42,936 nucleotides of DNA from Nanobdellati archaeon (GCA_015520605.1 WAPT01000022.1:1-42936), one strand, 5' to 3'. Shown: positions 7,981-18,125, counted from the first letter of the stretch. The notes: generated by a model from the letters alone, not told the origin. Program-made: numbers and translations.

Positions 7981-9762
7981 TTATTTCACAGTCACGCTTT
8001 TGGCGAGGTTTCTGGGTTTGTCCGGATTAAGGCCTCGCAGAACTGCCATTCTGTAAGCCAGATACTGAATAGGGACTACGCTAAGCAGATGAGTGCCGAA
8101 GGGTAATGAGGGCACTCTTATAAAGTTGTCAAAGACATCGTGATCCCTGCTTCCCACTCCTATAATCATGCCACCTCTGCTCTTTATTTCCGTAGCATTA
8201 CTGATGATGTCATCGTACGTTTCGTCCTCTGGTGCAAAGACCACACACGGCGTGCCTTCTTCGATCAGAGCCAGCGGCCCGTGCTTCAGTGCTCCTCCCG
8301 CGAAGCCCTCCGCATGAATATAGGTCACTTCCTTGATTTTGAGTGCCGCTTCGAGCGCTATGGCATGAGAAACTCCCCGTCCTATGCAGAACACGTGTTC
8401 CTTATCCTTGATCGTTTCCGCCAGCGCATCAAGCTTTGTTCTGTTCTCCTCATTCAGGATCTCTTCAATGCCCCGTGAAACTTCCCTGTAAGCATTCTTG
8501 ACCTCCGTTTCCTTACCCATAAGCGCATGAGCAATCAGCTCCAGAATTGCAAGCTGTGCTGTAAAGCTCTTCGTTCCGACGACGCATATTTCAGGGCCGC
8601 AGTTCATATGGATTGTGAAGTCCGAGAGCCTCATCAAGCTTGAGCCCATGACGTTGGTAATTGCCAGAACTCTCGCTTTCTTTTTCTTTGCTATTTTTAC
8701 AGCATCGAGAACATCGGCCGTTTCCCCGCTCTGAGATATTGCAACGACAAGCGTCTTCGGTGTTATGAAATCTCTGTAGTATCTAAACTCAGAGGCATCA
8801 ACCACATTTATGTGCTTGCGATCCACCTTCGAGAAAATGTAGGATGATGCGAGGGCAGCGTAATAGGATGAGCCGCAGGCAACGAAAAAGACACCATATG
8901 CATTATTAAACATGTCAACCACACGTTTTATGGTATCCTCGCTCTGCAGTACCGCTCTCACTACCGTCTCCTTCTGCTCCATTATCTCCTTCTCCATGAA
9001 GTACGGGTAATTGTGCTTCTCCACTCGTTCAAGATCCCAATCAATAGTGTGTGTTTGCTTCCTTTTTATCTTCTCCTCCCGAAAATTAAATATTGAAACA
9101 CTTTCCGGAGTTACAACAGCAAGCTCATGATCATCGAGAAATATCACATCCCGCGTATGTTCCAAAAACCCCACAGGGTCACTCGCAATGAAATATCCGT
9201 GAGATGCGACTCCTATCACAAGGGGGGAATCTTTTTTCGCGCATAATAGGGCTCTGCTGTCCTTACACGCTGAAATTATCGCGTAGCTCCCCTCCAGTTT
9301 TCTTATCGCTTCCAGAAAAGCCGTGCCGAATGACTTTCCGCTTTTCATCTCTTCTTCTATAAGGTGTGGTACCACCTCAGTGTCTGTATCAGAGGTAAAA
9401 ACATGCCCCCTGTTCAGTAGCATTTCCTTGAGTTCTAGGTAATTATCAATTATGCCGTTGTGCACAACCGCTATTCTTCCGGTGCAATCCAGATGGGGGT
9501 GTGCGTTCTTCTCGCTCACACCTCCGTGGGTCGCCCACCTCGTATGACCGAGAACAGCATGAAAACACGCGCCGTTGTTGTTGAGCAAAAAGCGTGCTTC
9601 TGTTATTGCCCCGACGCGTTTGTGCACTTCAATGGAAGGGTTGCCGATGAGCGCCATTCCCCAAGAATCATAGCCTCGGTACTCCAGTCTTCTAAGACCA
9701 TCGAATAACAGTCTCGGTGCTTCCCGCCTCTTTAAACCGATGTAAGCTATAATACCACACAT
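7981..9762 (-). CDS. glmS: Glutamine-fructose-6-phosphate aminotransferase
   Basis: MCGII start (catalytic Cys), LEYRGYDS, GHTRWATHG, SQSGETAD, PRNLAKSVTVK. Confidence 0.97.
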   Translation of the reverse strand: MCGIIAYIGLKRREAPRLLFDGLRRLEYRGYDSWGMALIGNPSIEVHKRVGAITEARFLLNNNGACFHAVLGHTRWATHGGVSEKNAHPHLDCTGRIAVVHNGIIDNYLELKEMLLNRGHVFTSDTDTEVVPHLIEEEMKSGKSFGTAFLEAIRKLEGSYAIISACKDSRALLCAKKDSPLVIGVASHGYFIASDPVGFLEHTRDVIFLDDHELAVVTPESVSIFNFREEKIKRKQTHTIDWDLERVEKHNYPYFMEKEIMEQKETVVRAVLQSEDTIKRVVDMFNNAYGVFFVACGSSYYAALASSYIFSKVDRKHINVVDASEFRYYRDFITPKTLVVAISQSGETADVLDAVKIAKKKKARVLAITNVMGSSLMRLSDFTIHMNCGPEICVVGTKSFTAQLAILELIAHALMGKETEVKNAYREVSRGIEEILNEENRTKLDALAETIKDKEHVFCIGRGVSHAIALEAALKIKEVTYIHAEGFAGGALKHGPLALIEEGTPCVVFAPEDETYDDIISNATEIKSRGGMIIGVGSRDHDVFDNFIRVPSLPFGTHLLSVVPIQYLAYRMAVLRGLNPDKPRNLAKSVTVK

Positions 9763-9986
9763 GGTGGATAATATGAGAGGTGTGGACTTAAAAATGGAAC
9801 CTAAAAACATTATTGAGTGGTTAAAATCCGGTTTTTAGAGGAAAAATTAAAAACCTCCAGATACCGGTCAGACCTGCCGCAAAACATTTAAAAAGTTTTC
9901 ACTCAATTTTAATTTGTTATTGAGATATTATTATTAAATCAATTATAATATAAAAAATGAATTTTTAAGATCGCAAAAACGCCATC

Positions 9987-10958
9987 ATGGTGACAAAAGA
10001 GGTGATGGATTTGACCTTTGTGGTCAAGGACGGAAAGGACGGAAGAAAGGTTGTAAAGCGTGCTGAGCTTCTTCAGGATGCTAGGAAAGCCCGAGCGGTG
10101 CTGCATGAAACAAGGTGGAAAATACTGCAGCTCCTCGCCGAGAAACCCAGACATGCTCTGGAAATAGCGAGGATCCTGAAGGAACATGAGCAGAAGATCT
10201 ATTACCACATCAGACAGCTTGAAAATGCCGGAATTATCGAGCTCCACAGGAAAGTTGAGAGACACGGCACGATAGCAAAACTTTATAGTGTCAAGACGGG
10301 TGCTCTCGTTCTTGATTTACCTGCAGGAGATGAGGAGCCCGTCGAACTCCCGCTGGTTGAGAAAAACAGACATCTCACCCGCTTTCTTTACCCTCATGTT
10401 GTCGGCGGTAAGATAAACACAACCATAGTCGTTGGCTCTCCTGACCCGCACGGTCCCTACCAGGTTAGAGCGAGGGACATTCATTACGCTGCCGAGATAG
10501 CGTTCCTGCTTGGTCAATACGCTTCATCCAAGGAGAACTTCATTGTAAAGCTCGATGTCGATGTTAAAGCCGAAAAAAACTACGATGATAACATGATTCT
10601 GGTGGGTGGTGTGCTGACCAACATCATAACTCAGGAGATGAACCACCACCTTCCCGTGAGGTTTGATATGGAGTCCTTCCCCTTCAGGAAACTCATCTCC
10701 ACTATAACATCGCGCACATACGAAGAGGAAAATACAGGCATAGTTGCTAAGATCCCAAACCCGTACAATCCCGAAAAGTCTGTGATGGTGCTCGCAGGCA
10801 ACAGACATGCTGGAACCAAAGCTGCAGTGCTCGCGCTCACCAGATATCACAGAGAGCTTCTTGAGAATTACGATGGAGAAGATGTATGGTCTCGGGTTGT
10901 CAGGGGACTTGATCTTGACGGTGATGGGAAGGTGGATTCCATAGAAACTATAGAATAA
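9987..10958 (+). CDS. ArsR-type wHTH regulator fused to an S-layer-C-like alpha/beta domain
   Basis: TRWKILQLL..IYYHIRQLENAGII HTH; C-domain IVVGSPDPHGP, NMILVGG..N, VLAGNRHAGTKAA; divergent from glmS. Confidence 0.75.
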   Translation: MVTKEVMDLTFVVKDGKDGRKVVKRAELLQDARKARAVLHETRWKILQLLAEKPRHALEIARILKEHEQKIYYHIRQLENAGIIELHRKVERHGTIAKLYSVKTGALVLDLPAGDEEPVELPLVEKNRHLTRFLYPHVVGGKINTTIVVGSPDPHGPYQVRARDIHYAAEIAFLLGQYASSKENFIVKLDVDVKAEKNYDDNMILVGGVLTNIITQEMNHHLPVRFDMESFPFRKLISTITSRTYEEENTGIVAKIPNPYNPEKSVMVLAGNRHAGTKAAVLALTRYHRELLENYDGEDVWSRVVRGLDLDGDGKVDSIETIE

Positions 10959-11061
10959 AAATTAAAATAAAAAATTGAGAATAACAGTATCATTATTTGA
11001 AAAAATATTAAAACACGATATTATTTATGGATATTGGGTTCAAAAACTCAATGTACTCAGA

Positions 11062-12021
11062 TCAACGATCCTCTTCCTTTTCTTTTATCAGCCTTAACAG
11101 TTCCTCAGGATTCTCTATCTCACTCAACTCCTCAAACCTCAACACGGCAATCCCTTCCACAGGTTTCTGCTGCTTCTCACTGGCCAGCACAAACTTATGG
11201 ATTGAACAAAAATCTGCAAATCTTTTGAATCGTGCAATTGCATTCCTATCCATTCTGTTCACACACAGTTTGGCGGCAACGACGGTTCTCTTATCTCTTT
11301 TCCTTAATTTAAAGGAAAGTTTCCTTTGGAGCACACTCACCATATCTGCAGGAGAACGCTTGACAAAGTAACACCTGAATCCTTTGAGAATCATGAAATT
11401 TTTTGAAGCCTCCGTCGAATTTAATTTTTGAGAAATGGGAGTTTTAGAGGAGTTTACCCTCCAATTAAAGAGGTTTATGGGCACAGATATGCGTTCTTGG
11501 AAATAAGTCTCCACCTTATCTATGATTTCTTTGCTCGCTCTCTCTTCTTTTTCCATCAGATGTATGGTTTTTTTCGTTAGATTCAGTTCTTTTGCAAGAT
11601 CCTCCATGCTGAGGTTTCTCTGCAATCTGAGCTCCCTCATCCTCCTCCCATTGATACTCACGACGCGCCTACCTTTCTTTGAGCGAACATATATTTCGTC
11701 ACCTTCAAGAACCATCCGAAATGTTAGGGGAGACACCACAGGGATATCATATCTCTCGTACACAACTCCCCCCTCTACCATAAAATTTCTTCCTTTCCTG
11801 CTTATTATTACAGGTGTGGCGTTTAGTACTGATGCCAAGATTTTCATATCTTTGGCTTGTTCTTCACTGTAGCTGTCCACATTGGAAAGAACCTTTATGA
11901 GCAGTATCCTGCTATCCCTCTTAGCGATTATATCGAATGCCTCTCTTTCAACAATAAGAACGGAATAACCACATTCAATAAGCATGTTTTTTATTTCTGT
12001 CAGCATCTCTTGCTGCAGCAT
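11062..12021 (-). CDS. Putative archaeal HTH transcriptional regulator (COG1395-like)
   Basis: FDIIAKR..LLIKVLSNVD, GVVYERYDIP, central XRE HTH; ATG12021 preceded by GGTGGTGGTG. Confidence 0.8.
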   Translation of the reverse strand: MLQQEMLTEIKNMLIECGYSVLIVEREAFDIIAKRDSRILLIKVLSNVDSYSEEQAKDMKILASVLNATPVIISRKGRNFMVEGGVVYERYDIPVVSPLTFRMVLEGDEIYVRSKKGRRVVSINGRRMRELRLQRNLSMEDLAKELNLTKKTIHLMEKEERASKEIIDKVETYFQERISVPINLFNWRVNSSKTPISQKLNSTEASKNFMILKGFRCYFVKRSPADMVSVLQRKLSFKLRKRDKRTVVAAKLCVNRMDRNAIARFKRFADFCSIHKFVLASEKQQKPVEGIAVLRFEELSEIENPEELLRLIKEKEEDR

Positions 12022-12244
12022 CACCACCACACCACTCGATGGACGATAGGAATAAGTCATAGAGTTACATACGTTTTCATTATTATTTTTTAATATATCT
12101 CTGAATTTTAAATAAATAACCGAAAAACTCAAAGATAACGTATATCTTATTTTTGGGTTTAGATATAATGTGGAAGTATCATGTTTGCACAATGTTGCTC
12201 CGAAATCGAGAACTGCGGAACACAATTATTTTTATTAAAACATT

Positions 12245-12270
12245 CTACCCACGGCTCCACCGCGGCGAAC
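12245..12270 (-). mobile_element. Possible IS200/IS605-type terminal hairpin relic
   Basis: Minus strand GCCGCGG-TGGAG-CCGTGGGTAG resembles the CCCACGGCT..AGCCGTGGG end hairpins of this family; no tnpA/tnpB seen. Confidence 0.3.
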
Positions 12271-12382
12271 TCATGTCACACGGATTTTCGCATTATGTTA
12301 ACTTATTGTTGGTATGATGTTGGGTGGATAAACAAAGCATACGAACTGAGTTTAGCGATCCGGAGGCGAACCGCATATCCGG

Positions 12383-12408
12383 CCTGCATATCCGGCCTGT
12401 TAATAGAC
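12383..12408. repeat. Tandem 13-bp duplication GCATATCCGGCCT x2
   Basis: Exact direct repeat at 12383-12395 and 12396-12408. Confidence 0.85.
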
Positions 12409-12489
12409 TACTCTCTTTTTATTATTTTTTATATAAAGTTTTATGCCAAAGATAACTCATTTAGAAACTTTTTTGTTCGTTTATTTACA

Positions 12490-12820
12490 GGATAAAATTT
12501 GTTTAGCAATTTCTTCACTTGATCTATTCTTAACTTCGTCTGCGTTTTTTGAAACTAAAATTATTTTTCTATCAGAATCATGTTTGAGTGCCTGAGATAA
12601 TATTCCATTTATATGCTCATCTGAAGCCCATATTGTATGCATGTTATAATAAGCTTAGATTCAATAGTATATTTCCTTTACATGAAATGAATCATGCATG
12701 AATCAATGTATTGTGGCTTATAATCGGTTTCGAAAATTAAATCTGGACTGTTAGGAATTCTTTCTACTTTCTTGGTATAATTCCCTTCACTTTTAATTTT
12801 CAAATAATATTTTTCAGATA
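12490..12820 (-). pseudogene. Degraded SIR2-family (SIR2_2-like) gene fragment
   Basis: Across stops and frameshifts: PDLIFETDYKPQYID..RKYTIESKLIIT..GF.DEHINGILSQALKHDSDRKIILVS, resembling the SIR2-like IGYxFxDEHIN motif. Confidence 0.6.
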
Positions 12821-12869
12821 AACAAAAACGATATTTTTTATTATTTCTGAATCTCTACAATTTTCCCTT

Positions 12870-13070
12870 TAAGCTCTTTTCGATAACTTCCTAAGCTCCG
12901 TTAAGACATCACCTGAGCTTAAAAGGTAAAACTCCAGTTGAAAAGCCTGTGGAATTGATTTGGAAATGGAAAACAGTTGGGAAGATTTGATGAAAGAGGC
13001 CACATATTACCAAAAGCAATGGACAAAGTTATTCCAGCAGTGTAGAAGCAAATGTTCGATAATTTTTATT
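12870..13070 (+). pseudogene. C-terminal remnant of an IS6-like DDE transposase
   Basis: Frameshifted FDNFL..HHLSLKGKTPVEK/CGIDLEMENSWEDLMKEA, similar to the YNFxRxHxxLxGKTPAE..GI..W tail of archaeal IS transposases. Confidence 0.55.
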
Positions 13071-13261
13071 ATTTTATCTCAACAGTAATGTGTTAATATA
13101 GTCGATTTTCGAAACCTTTAAAAAAACTACCTCACGATGTTATAGTATCTTCTCAGCGCGAAAAGTCAAAATTGCGCTGTGGCGGGAATTACAATGAAAC
13201 AAAAAACCTTTCCGTACTCTACTAATGTATTTAAAGTTAAAATAATGAGGGGTGTTGGAAA

Positions 13262-13966
13262 ATGGACATAGCTCCCGATATAATGGGGTACGATAGGGCG
13301 ATTGTGATCTTCTCGCCCGACGGTAGGCTGTTTCAGGTCGAGTATGCGAGGGAGGCCGTCAAAAAGGGCACAACGGCCATAGGTGTGGTGTACGATAATG
13401 GTGTTGTGCTTATAACCACCATGAAAAAAAGCAACATCATTATGCCAGGAGAAAAAATAGCAAAGGTGGATGATCACATAGGTATCGCTTCTGCGGGACT
13501 TGTTGCCGATGCACGCATACTGGTCGATATGGCGAGGATGAGGGCACAGCAAAACAGATTGGTTTATGATGAACCGATCACAATAAAAGCTCTCGCAAAG
13601 TTCCTTGCCGACAGGCAACAACTTTACACACAGTATGCGGGCGTGAGGCCTTACGGGGTTTCTCTTCTTGTTGGAGGTTACGATATTAAGCCGAGGATGT
13701 TCGAAACCGACCCCTCCGGAGTGATGCTTGAAGTAAAGGCAAGATCAATAGGGAGGTACAGCGACAAGATAAATGAGGAGCTTGAAAAACACTACAAGAA
13801 GAATATAAAACTGAGCGATGCGCTGAAACTCGCAATAGATCTATATAACAAGCACGTTAAGGAAGTTAAAATAAGCAAAGATACATTCTTTGGCGTTAAA
13901 ATAGATGAGAGCGGGTTTCAAGAGATCCCCGTAAAAGAGCTGAGTAAGTATGGGATAAAACTATGA
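13262..13966 (+). CDS. psmA: Proteasome alpha subunit
   Basis: [39 protein letters not shown]. Confidence 0.97.
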   Translation: MDIAPDIMGYDRAIVIFSPDGRLFQVEYAREAVKKGTTAIGVVYDNGVVLITTMKKSNIIMPGEKIAKVDDHIGIASAGLVADARILVDMARMRAQQNRLVYDEPITIKALAKFLADRQQLYTQYAGVRPYGVSLLVGGYDIKPRMFETDPSGVMLEVKARSIGRYSDKINEELEKHYKKNIKLSDALKLAIDLYNKHVKEVKISKDTFFGVKIDESGFQEIPVKELSKYGIKL

Positions 13967-14652
13967 GCAGGGAGATAATAGCCAGAATTAAAAAACACGG
14001 AATGAAGTTCGAGATCCTGATTGACAAGGAGAAATACCTTGATTACAAAGAAGGTAGAATGCAAGATCTACGGGAGGTAGTAATAGGAGATGCTGTCTTT
14101 AACGATGTCAGGCAGGCAACAAGGGCAAAAGAGGAAGACTTAGAAAAGGCCTTTGGCACTACAGATTTATTTAAAATCGCAGAGGAGATTCTGAAAGAGG
14201 GAGAAGTACAGATAACAACAGAGGAACGAAGAAGACTCGTGGAAGAAAAAAGGAAGAGGATCATAGACCTAATCTTTAGGAGATGTATAAACCCACAAAC
14301 CGGTAAGCCGCATCCACCACAACGTATAGAGCTTGCGATGGTGGAGGCTAAAGTTCACATAGACCCGTTTAAAAATGTTGAGGAACAGTACAAGGCGGTG
14401 GTGGAGGCTATTAAAAAAATCATCCCCTTAAGGGTCGAATACCGAGATTATGTCATAAGGGTACCGATAGAATATGCCGGCAAGGCGAGGGCAATGGTAT
14501 TATCCTCGTGTGATCTTAAAAAGGAAGAATGGAGTTCGAATTACTGGTATGCTGAAATAGAGATGCTTGCCGCAATGGAGGAGGAAATATTTTCCAAACT
14601 CAACACCGTAACTCACGGAAATGTTGAAAGCAAACTGTTGAAAAAGGGATGA
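13963..14652 (+). CDS. Ribosome assembly factor SBDS/Sdo1
   Basis: [31 protein letters not shown]; exosome operon position. Confidence 0.95.
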   Translation: MSREIIARIKKHGMKFEILIDKEKYLDYKEGRMQDLREVVIGDAVFNDVRQATRAKEEDLEKAFGTTDLFKIAEEILKEGEVQITTEERRRLVEEKRKRIIDLIFRRCINPQTGKPHPPQRIELAMVEAKVHIDPFKNVEEQYKAVVEAIKKIIPLRVEYRDYVIRVPIEYAGKARAMVLSSCDLKKEEWSSNYWYAEIEMLAAMEEEIFSKLNTVTHGNVESKLLKKG

Positions 14653-14699
14653 TAAAGAAATCCTATGTGTGAATAAAAACAATCGAGGGTGATTGTGGT

Positions 14700-15413
14700 A
14701 TGAAAGACGCGGACTCTTCTTCGAAAGCGGAAATAGTCCTGCCTGGCGATGTACTTTACCGAGGTAAAAACATGCTTCCGGGTAGGGGCACATACAGGCA
14801 CGGGGACGAGATAATATCTAAGGTTGTTGGATTGAAGGCAGTAAAAGACAGGACCATAAGCGTCATACCTCTGGCGGGAGCTTACATTCCAAAAGTTGGA
14901 GACTACGTTATCGGGGAAATAGTGGAGGTCGGGCTGAACTACTGGCTTGTCGATATAAATTCGCCCTATCAGGCGGCCATGCTGATGTTTGATATACCGG
15001 AGTTTGTTGAAAAAAATGCCGACATATCCCAATATTATGACTTCGGTGACATAATCTATGCAAAGATAACGAATGTAACCAAAACCAAATACATAAATCT
15101 TACCATGAAGGACTCCAAGTGTAGGAAGATTGTCGGGGGTCTTATAGTTCATATAACTCCGAGCAAGGTTCCGAGGCTCATAGGAAAGAAGGGTTCCATG
15201 GTCAGCATGATAAAGAACATTACGGGTAGCTTTATCCTCGTTGGGCAGAATGGAAGGGTGTGGATCAAAGGTGGGTACGAGACACTGGCGGCTGAAGCGA
15301 TATACATGATAGATATGTATTCCCACCAAAAAGGTTTAACGGAAAAAGTTGAGGAATTTCTGAAAAAAGAACTCGAAAAGGAAGGTGATGAAGATGTCAG
15401 ACAAACCAAGTAA
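14700..15413 (+). CDS. rrp4: Exosome RNA-binding subunit Rrp4
   Basis: YIPKVGDYVIG S1 domain; KVPRLIGKKGSM and GQNGRVWI KH domain. Confidence 0.95.
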   Translation: MKDADSSSKAEIVLPGDVLYRGKNMLPGRGTYRHGDEIISKVVGLKAVKDRTISVIPLAGAYIPKVGDYVIGEIVEVGLNYWLVDINSPYQAAMLMFDIPEFVEKNADISQYYDFGDIIYAKITNVTKTKYINLTMKDSKCRKIVGGLIVHITPSKVPRLIGKKGSMVSMIKNITGSFILVGQNGRVWIKGGYETLAAEAIYMIDMYSHQKGLTEKVEEFLKKELEKEGDEDVRQTK

Positions 15414-16155
15414 GGATTTTCATGAAAATATCACGGATCGCTTAAGACCGGATGGCAGAAAACCAGATGATTTCAGGCCCATAAGGATAGAGGTAGGTGT
15501 GATAAAAAGAGCTGACGGCTCAGCATACGTTGAGTTCGGTAAAACGAGGGTCGTTGCCGCGGTTTATGGTCCAGAACCCATGCATCCGAGGCACCTTGCT
15601 GATCCAGAAAAAGCCGTGCTGATATGCAGGTACAATATGCTCCCGTTCTCGGTCGAAGAAAGAAAGAAGCCCGGACCAGACAGGAGGAGTATAGAAATTT
15701 CGAAGGTGGTGAAAGATGCTCTCTCAACTGTTGTTGTGCTGGAAGAATTTCCTAAGTGCATGATAAGTGTTGACATGGTCGTACTCGAAGCGGATGCGGG
15801 CACCAGAGTCGCGGCATTAACAGCGGCCTCACTCGCTTTAGCGGATGCAGGCATTCCAATGAGAGAAATGATAAGCGCAATAGCCTGCGGCAGGGCAAAC
15901 GGCCAGATAGTAGTTGACCTCACGAAAGAGGAGGAAGATGCCGAGGATGCTGTAGATGTGCCAGTGGCCATGTCTTCCCTGACCAAAAGGATTTCCTTAC
16001 TCCAAATGGATGGTGATCTGACCATCGAGGAATTTGAAGCCATACTCGATAAGGCATCGAAATCGTGTGTTAAAATTCACGCTATGCAAAGAGATGCCCT
16101 TCTTAAAAAATACAAAAAAGAAGGAGAAGAGGTTGATATAGATGGCGAGTACTAA
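15394..16155 (+). CDS. rrp41: Exosome catalytic subunit Rrp41
   Basis: RPDGR, ADGSAYVE, RRSIEIS, ADAGTR, DLTKEEED..DVPVA. Confidence 0.96.
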   Translation: MSDKPSKDFHENITDRLRPDGRKPDDFRPIRIEVGVIKRADGSAYVEFGKTRVVAAVYGPEPMHPRHLADPEKAVLICRYNMLPFSVEERKKPGPDRRSIEISKVVKDALSTVVVLEEFPKCMISVDMVVLEADAGTRVAALTAASLALADAGIPMREMISAIACGRANGQIVVDLTKEEEDAEDAVDVPVAMSSLTKRISLLQMDGDLTIEEFEAILDKASKSCVKIHAMQRDALLKKYKKEGEEVDIDGEY

Positions 16156-16951
16156 GCTTACGGTCGAGTACATAAAAAACCTACTGGAAAGGGGTAGAAG
16201 GCTGGATGGTAGAAGCCTTAATGAGTTCAGAGAAATAAAGGTAAAATACGGCATCTCAAAGAAAGCCGAGGGGAGTGCTGAGGTTTGTGTCGGCAACACG
16301 AGAGTCGTGGCAGGAGTTAAAATGGAGGTTGGAGAGCCCTATCCAGACACACCCGATAAGGGAGTGCTCGTAACAACCGCCGAATTCCTGGCAATGGCAG
16401 CTCCCGAGTTTGAACCTGGTCTACCGGGAGAAGACGCAATAGAGCTCGCCAGAGTTGTCGATAGGGGCATAAGAGAAGGTAACGCAATAGATATGGAGAA
16501 ACTGTGCATAGTTGAGGGTGAAAAAGTCTGGGTTGTGTTTCTGGACATATTCGTGCTCAATCATGACGGCAATTTGATAGACGCTGCGGGGATGGCCACC
16601 ATGGCAGCGCTTCTTGATGCAAGGATGCCGAAACTCACAGAGGATTATGAAGTAGACAGATCTAAGCTGACAGATCCTCTACCTATCAGAGACATACCTA
16701 TTCCGGTTACCGTAAGGAAACACAATGAACACCTGATCCTGGACACCACCGCTTTGGAAGAGGAAGTTCTAAAAGGCAAGTTTACGGTGACAACCAAGAT
16801 TAATGGAAATCTATGCGCGATGCAACTCAGTGACGGTATGGCAATGACAAAGGAAGAGGTGCTGAAAGCGGTAAGACTAGCAAGAGACACGTCTTCAAAA
16901 ATAAGGGAAAATATATTCGGGGATCAACTCAAGAGGGTAAAAAAACAGTAA
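16142..16951 (+). CDS. rrp42: Exosome subunit Rrp42
   Basis: RLDGRSLNEFR, GEPYPDTP, ELARVVDRGIRE, DGNLIDA. Confidence 0.96.
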   Translation: MASTKLTVEYIKNLLERGRRLDGRSLNEFREIKVKYGISKKAEGSAEVCVGNTRVVAGVKMEVGEPYPDTPDKGVLVTTAEFLAMAAPEFEPGLPGEDAIELARVVDRGIREGNAIDMEKLCIVEGEKVWVVFLDIFVLNHDGNLIDAAGMATMAALLDARMPKLTEDYEVDRSKLTDPLPIRDIPIPVTVRKHNEHLILDTTALEEEVLKGKFTVTTKINGNLCAMQLSDGMAMTKEEVLKAVRLARDTSSKIRENIFGDQLKRVKKQ

Positions 16952-16996
16952 ACTTAAAAAAATTGTTCTCGAATTTATTTCCCGTTTCAGTGGGGG

Positions 16997-17347
16997 GTGA
17001 GCGGTGTGGCAAAAACTAAAAAACTCAAGTCTGCGGGAAGATTTGGTGCAAGGTATGGCAAAAGGATCAGAGAGCTTGTCGCAGCAATAGAGGAATCCTC
17101 TCGAGCCAAACATCTTTGCCCCGCATGCAGATCAAAAAAACTAAAAAGAGTCGCTGCAGGAATATGGTATTGCAGAAAGTGCGGGATTAAACTTGCCGGC
17201 GGAGCATACACACCAAACACGACTTCGGGGAAAATCCTCGTGAAAGTTGAAAGGCTTGCCAAGGCAACAGGGGTTGAGAAAGTTGAGGAGGTTAAAAAGG
17301 AGATCGAAAGATCTCCTGAAAAAACGGTTGGTGATGAAAATCAATAA
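16997..17347 (+). CDS. rpl37ae: 50S ribosomal protein L37Ae (eL43) with charged C-terminal extension
   Basis: GRFGARYG, CPAC..GIWYCRKC, AGGAYTP; start may be GTG17006. Confidence 0.95.
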   Translation: MSGVAKTKKLKSAGRFGARYGKRIRELVAAIEESSRAKHLCPACRSKKLKRVAAGIWYCRKCGIKLAGGAYTPNTTSGKILVKVERLAKATGVEKVEEVKKEIERSPEKTVGDENQ

Positions 17348-17370
17348 ACAAATGAGTTGCGGTGATGTGG

Positions 17371-17511
17371 ATGCCCGAGTATGTGTGTTTTAAATGTGGA
17401 AAAAGGTTCGAAATGAGCGATGTAAACACAACAATAGCATGTCCATCCTGTGCATCAAAAATAATTCTTAAGTCCTCTCCAGCAGTGGTGAAGCGCATTT
17501 ACTGTGATTGA
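17371..17511 (+). CDS. rpoP: RNA polymerase subunit P (Rpo12); not in the ORF track
   Basis: MPEYVCFKCGKRFEMSDVNTTIACPSCASKIILKSSPAVVKRIYCD, a Zn ribbon between rpl37ae and pcc1. Confidence 0.92.
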   Translation: MPEYVCFKCGKRFEMSDVNTTIACPSCASKIILKSSPAVVKRIYCD

Positions 17512-17513
17512 GA

Positions 17514-17759
17514 ATGATTAGAGTGAAGCTCGAAATTGAGGAGGAATCCCGCGAAGAGGCATTCGCGGTGTATCTCGCCGCGTTTAAAAATGTAGATGAA
17601 AATGTTTCCTCATCTGGTAAAAGAGTCGGTATTCTTTGTAACGTGGAGGGGGAAAAACTGCTTTTCAATGTTGAGGCAAAGGATCCTGTAGCGATGAGAG
17701 CTGTTTTGAACACCCTCCTAAGAAATTATAAATTAATTTGCTCCCTTAAAAATGTTTAA
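17514..17759 (+). CDS. pcc1: KEOPS subunit Pcc1
   Basis: LLFNVEAKDPVAMRAVLNTLLR motif; conserved position. Confidence 0.85.
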   Translation: MIRVKLEIEEESREEAFAVYLAAFKNVDENVSSSGKRVGILCNVEGEKLLFNVEAKDPVAMRAVLNTLLRNYKLICSLKNV

Positions 17760-17771
17760 ATCGAATATGAG

Positions 17772-18125
17772 GTGATAGTTGTGGTTGTAGATGAACGAGA
17801 GATTGCTACGCAGTTCAACCAGCTCCAGCAACAACTTCAGCTTATTCTCGTGCAAAAGGAAACGACATCCGCTCAGATTCAGGAACTTAAGAATGCGCTA
17901 AAGGAAGTGGAAAAGGCCAAGGGAAGCGTTTACAAAACATCCGGGACAATTATGATCGAGATGGCACCCGAGGATGCAAAAAAGGACATAGAGATGGAAC
18001 TTGAAACTCTCGAGCTTAGAATGAAGGCACTTGAAAAGCAGGAGAAAACGATAAAGGATAAGTTGTTGGATCTCAGGGAAAAAATATTCGCAACTCAAAA
18101 TGAGGGGGGGAGAACGGCGCGATAG
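17772..18125 (+). CDS. pfdB: Prefoldin beta subunit
   Basis: QQQLQ coil, VYKTSGTIMI hairpin, LELRMKALEKQE; start may be GTG17781. Confidence 0.93.
   Translation: MIVVVVDEREIATQFNQLQQQLQLILVQKETTSAQIQELKNALKEVEKAKGSVYKTSGTIMIEMAPEDAKKDIEMELETLELRMKALEKQEKTIKDKLLDLREKIFATQNEGGRTAR

Noticed and set aside
12022-12225. Long N-terminal extensions in the ORF track (HTH regulator; also glmS 9763-9810 and Nudix 5128-5211)
   Set aside because: Family alignment and RBS position favour the downstream starts; GlmS needs Cys at position 2
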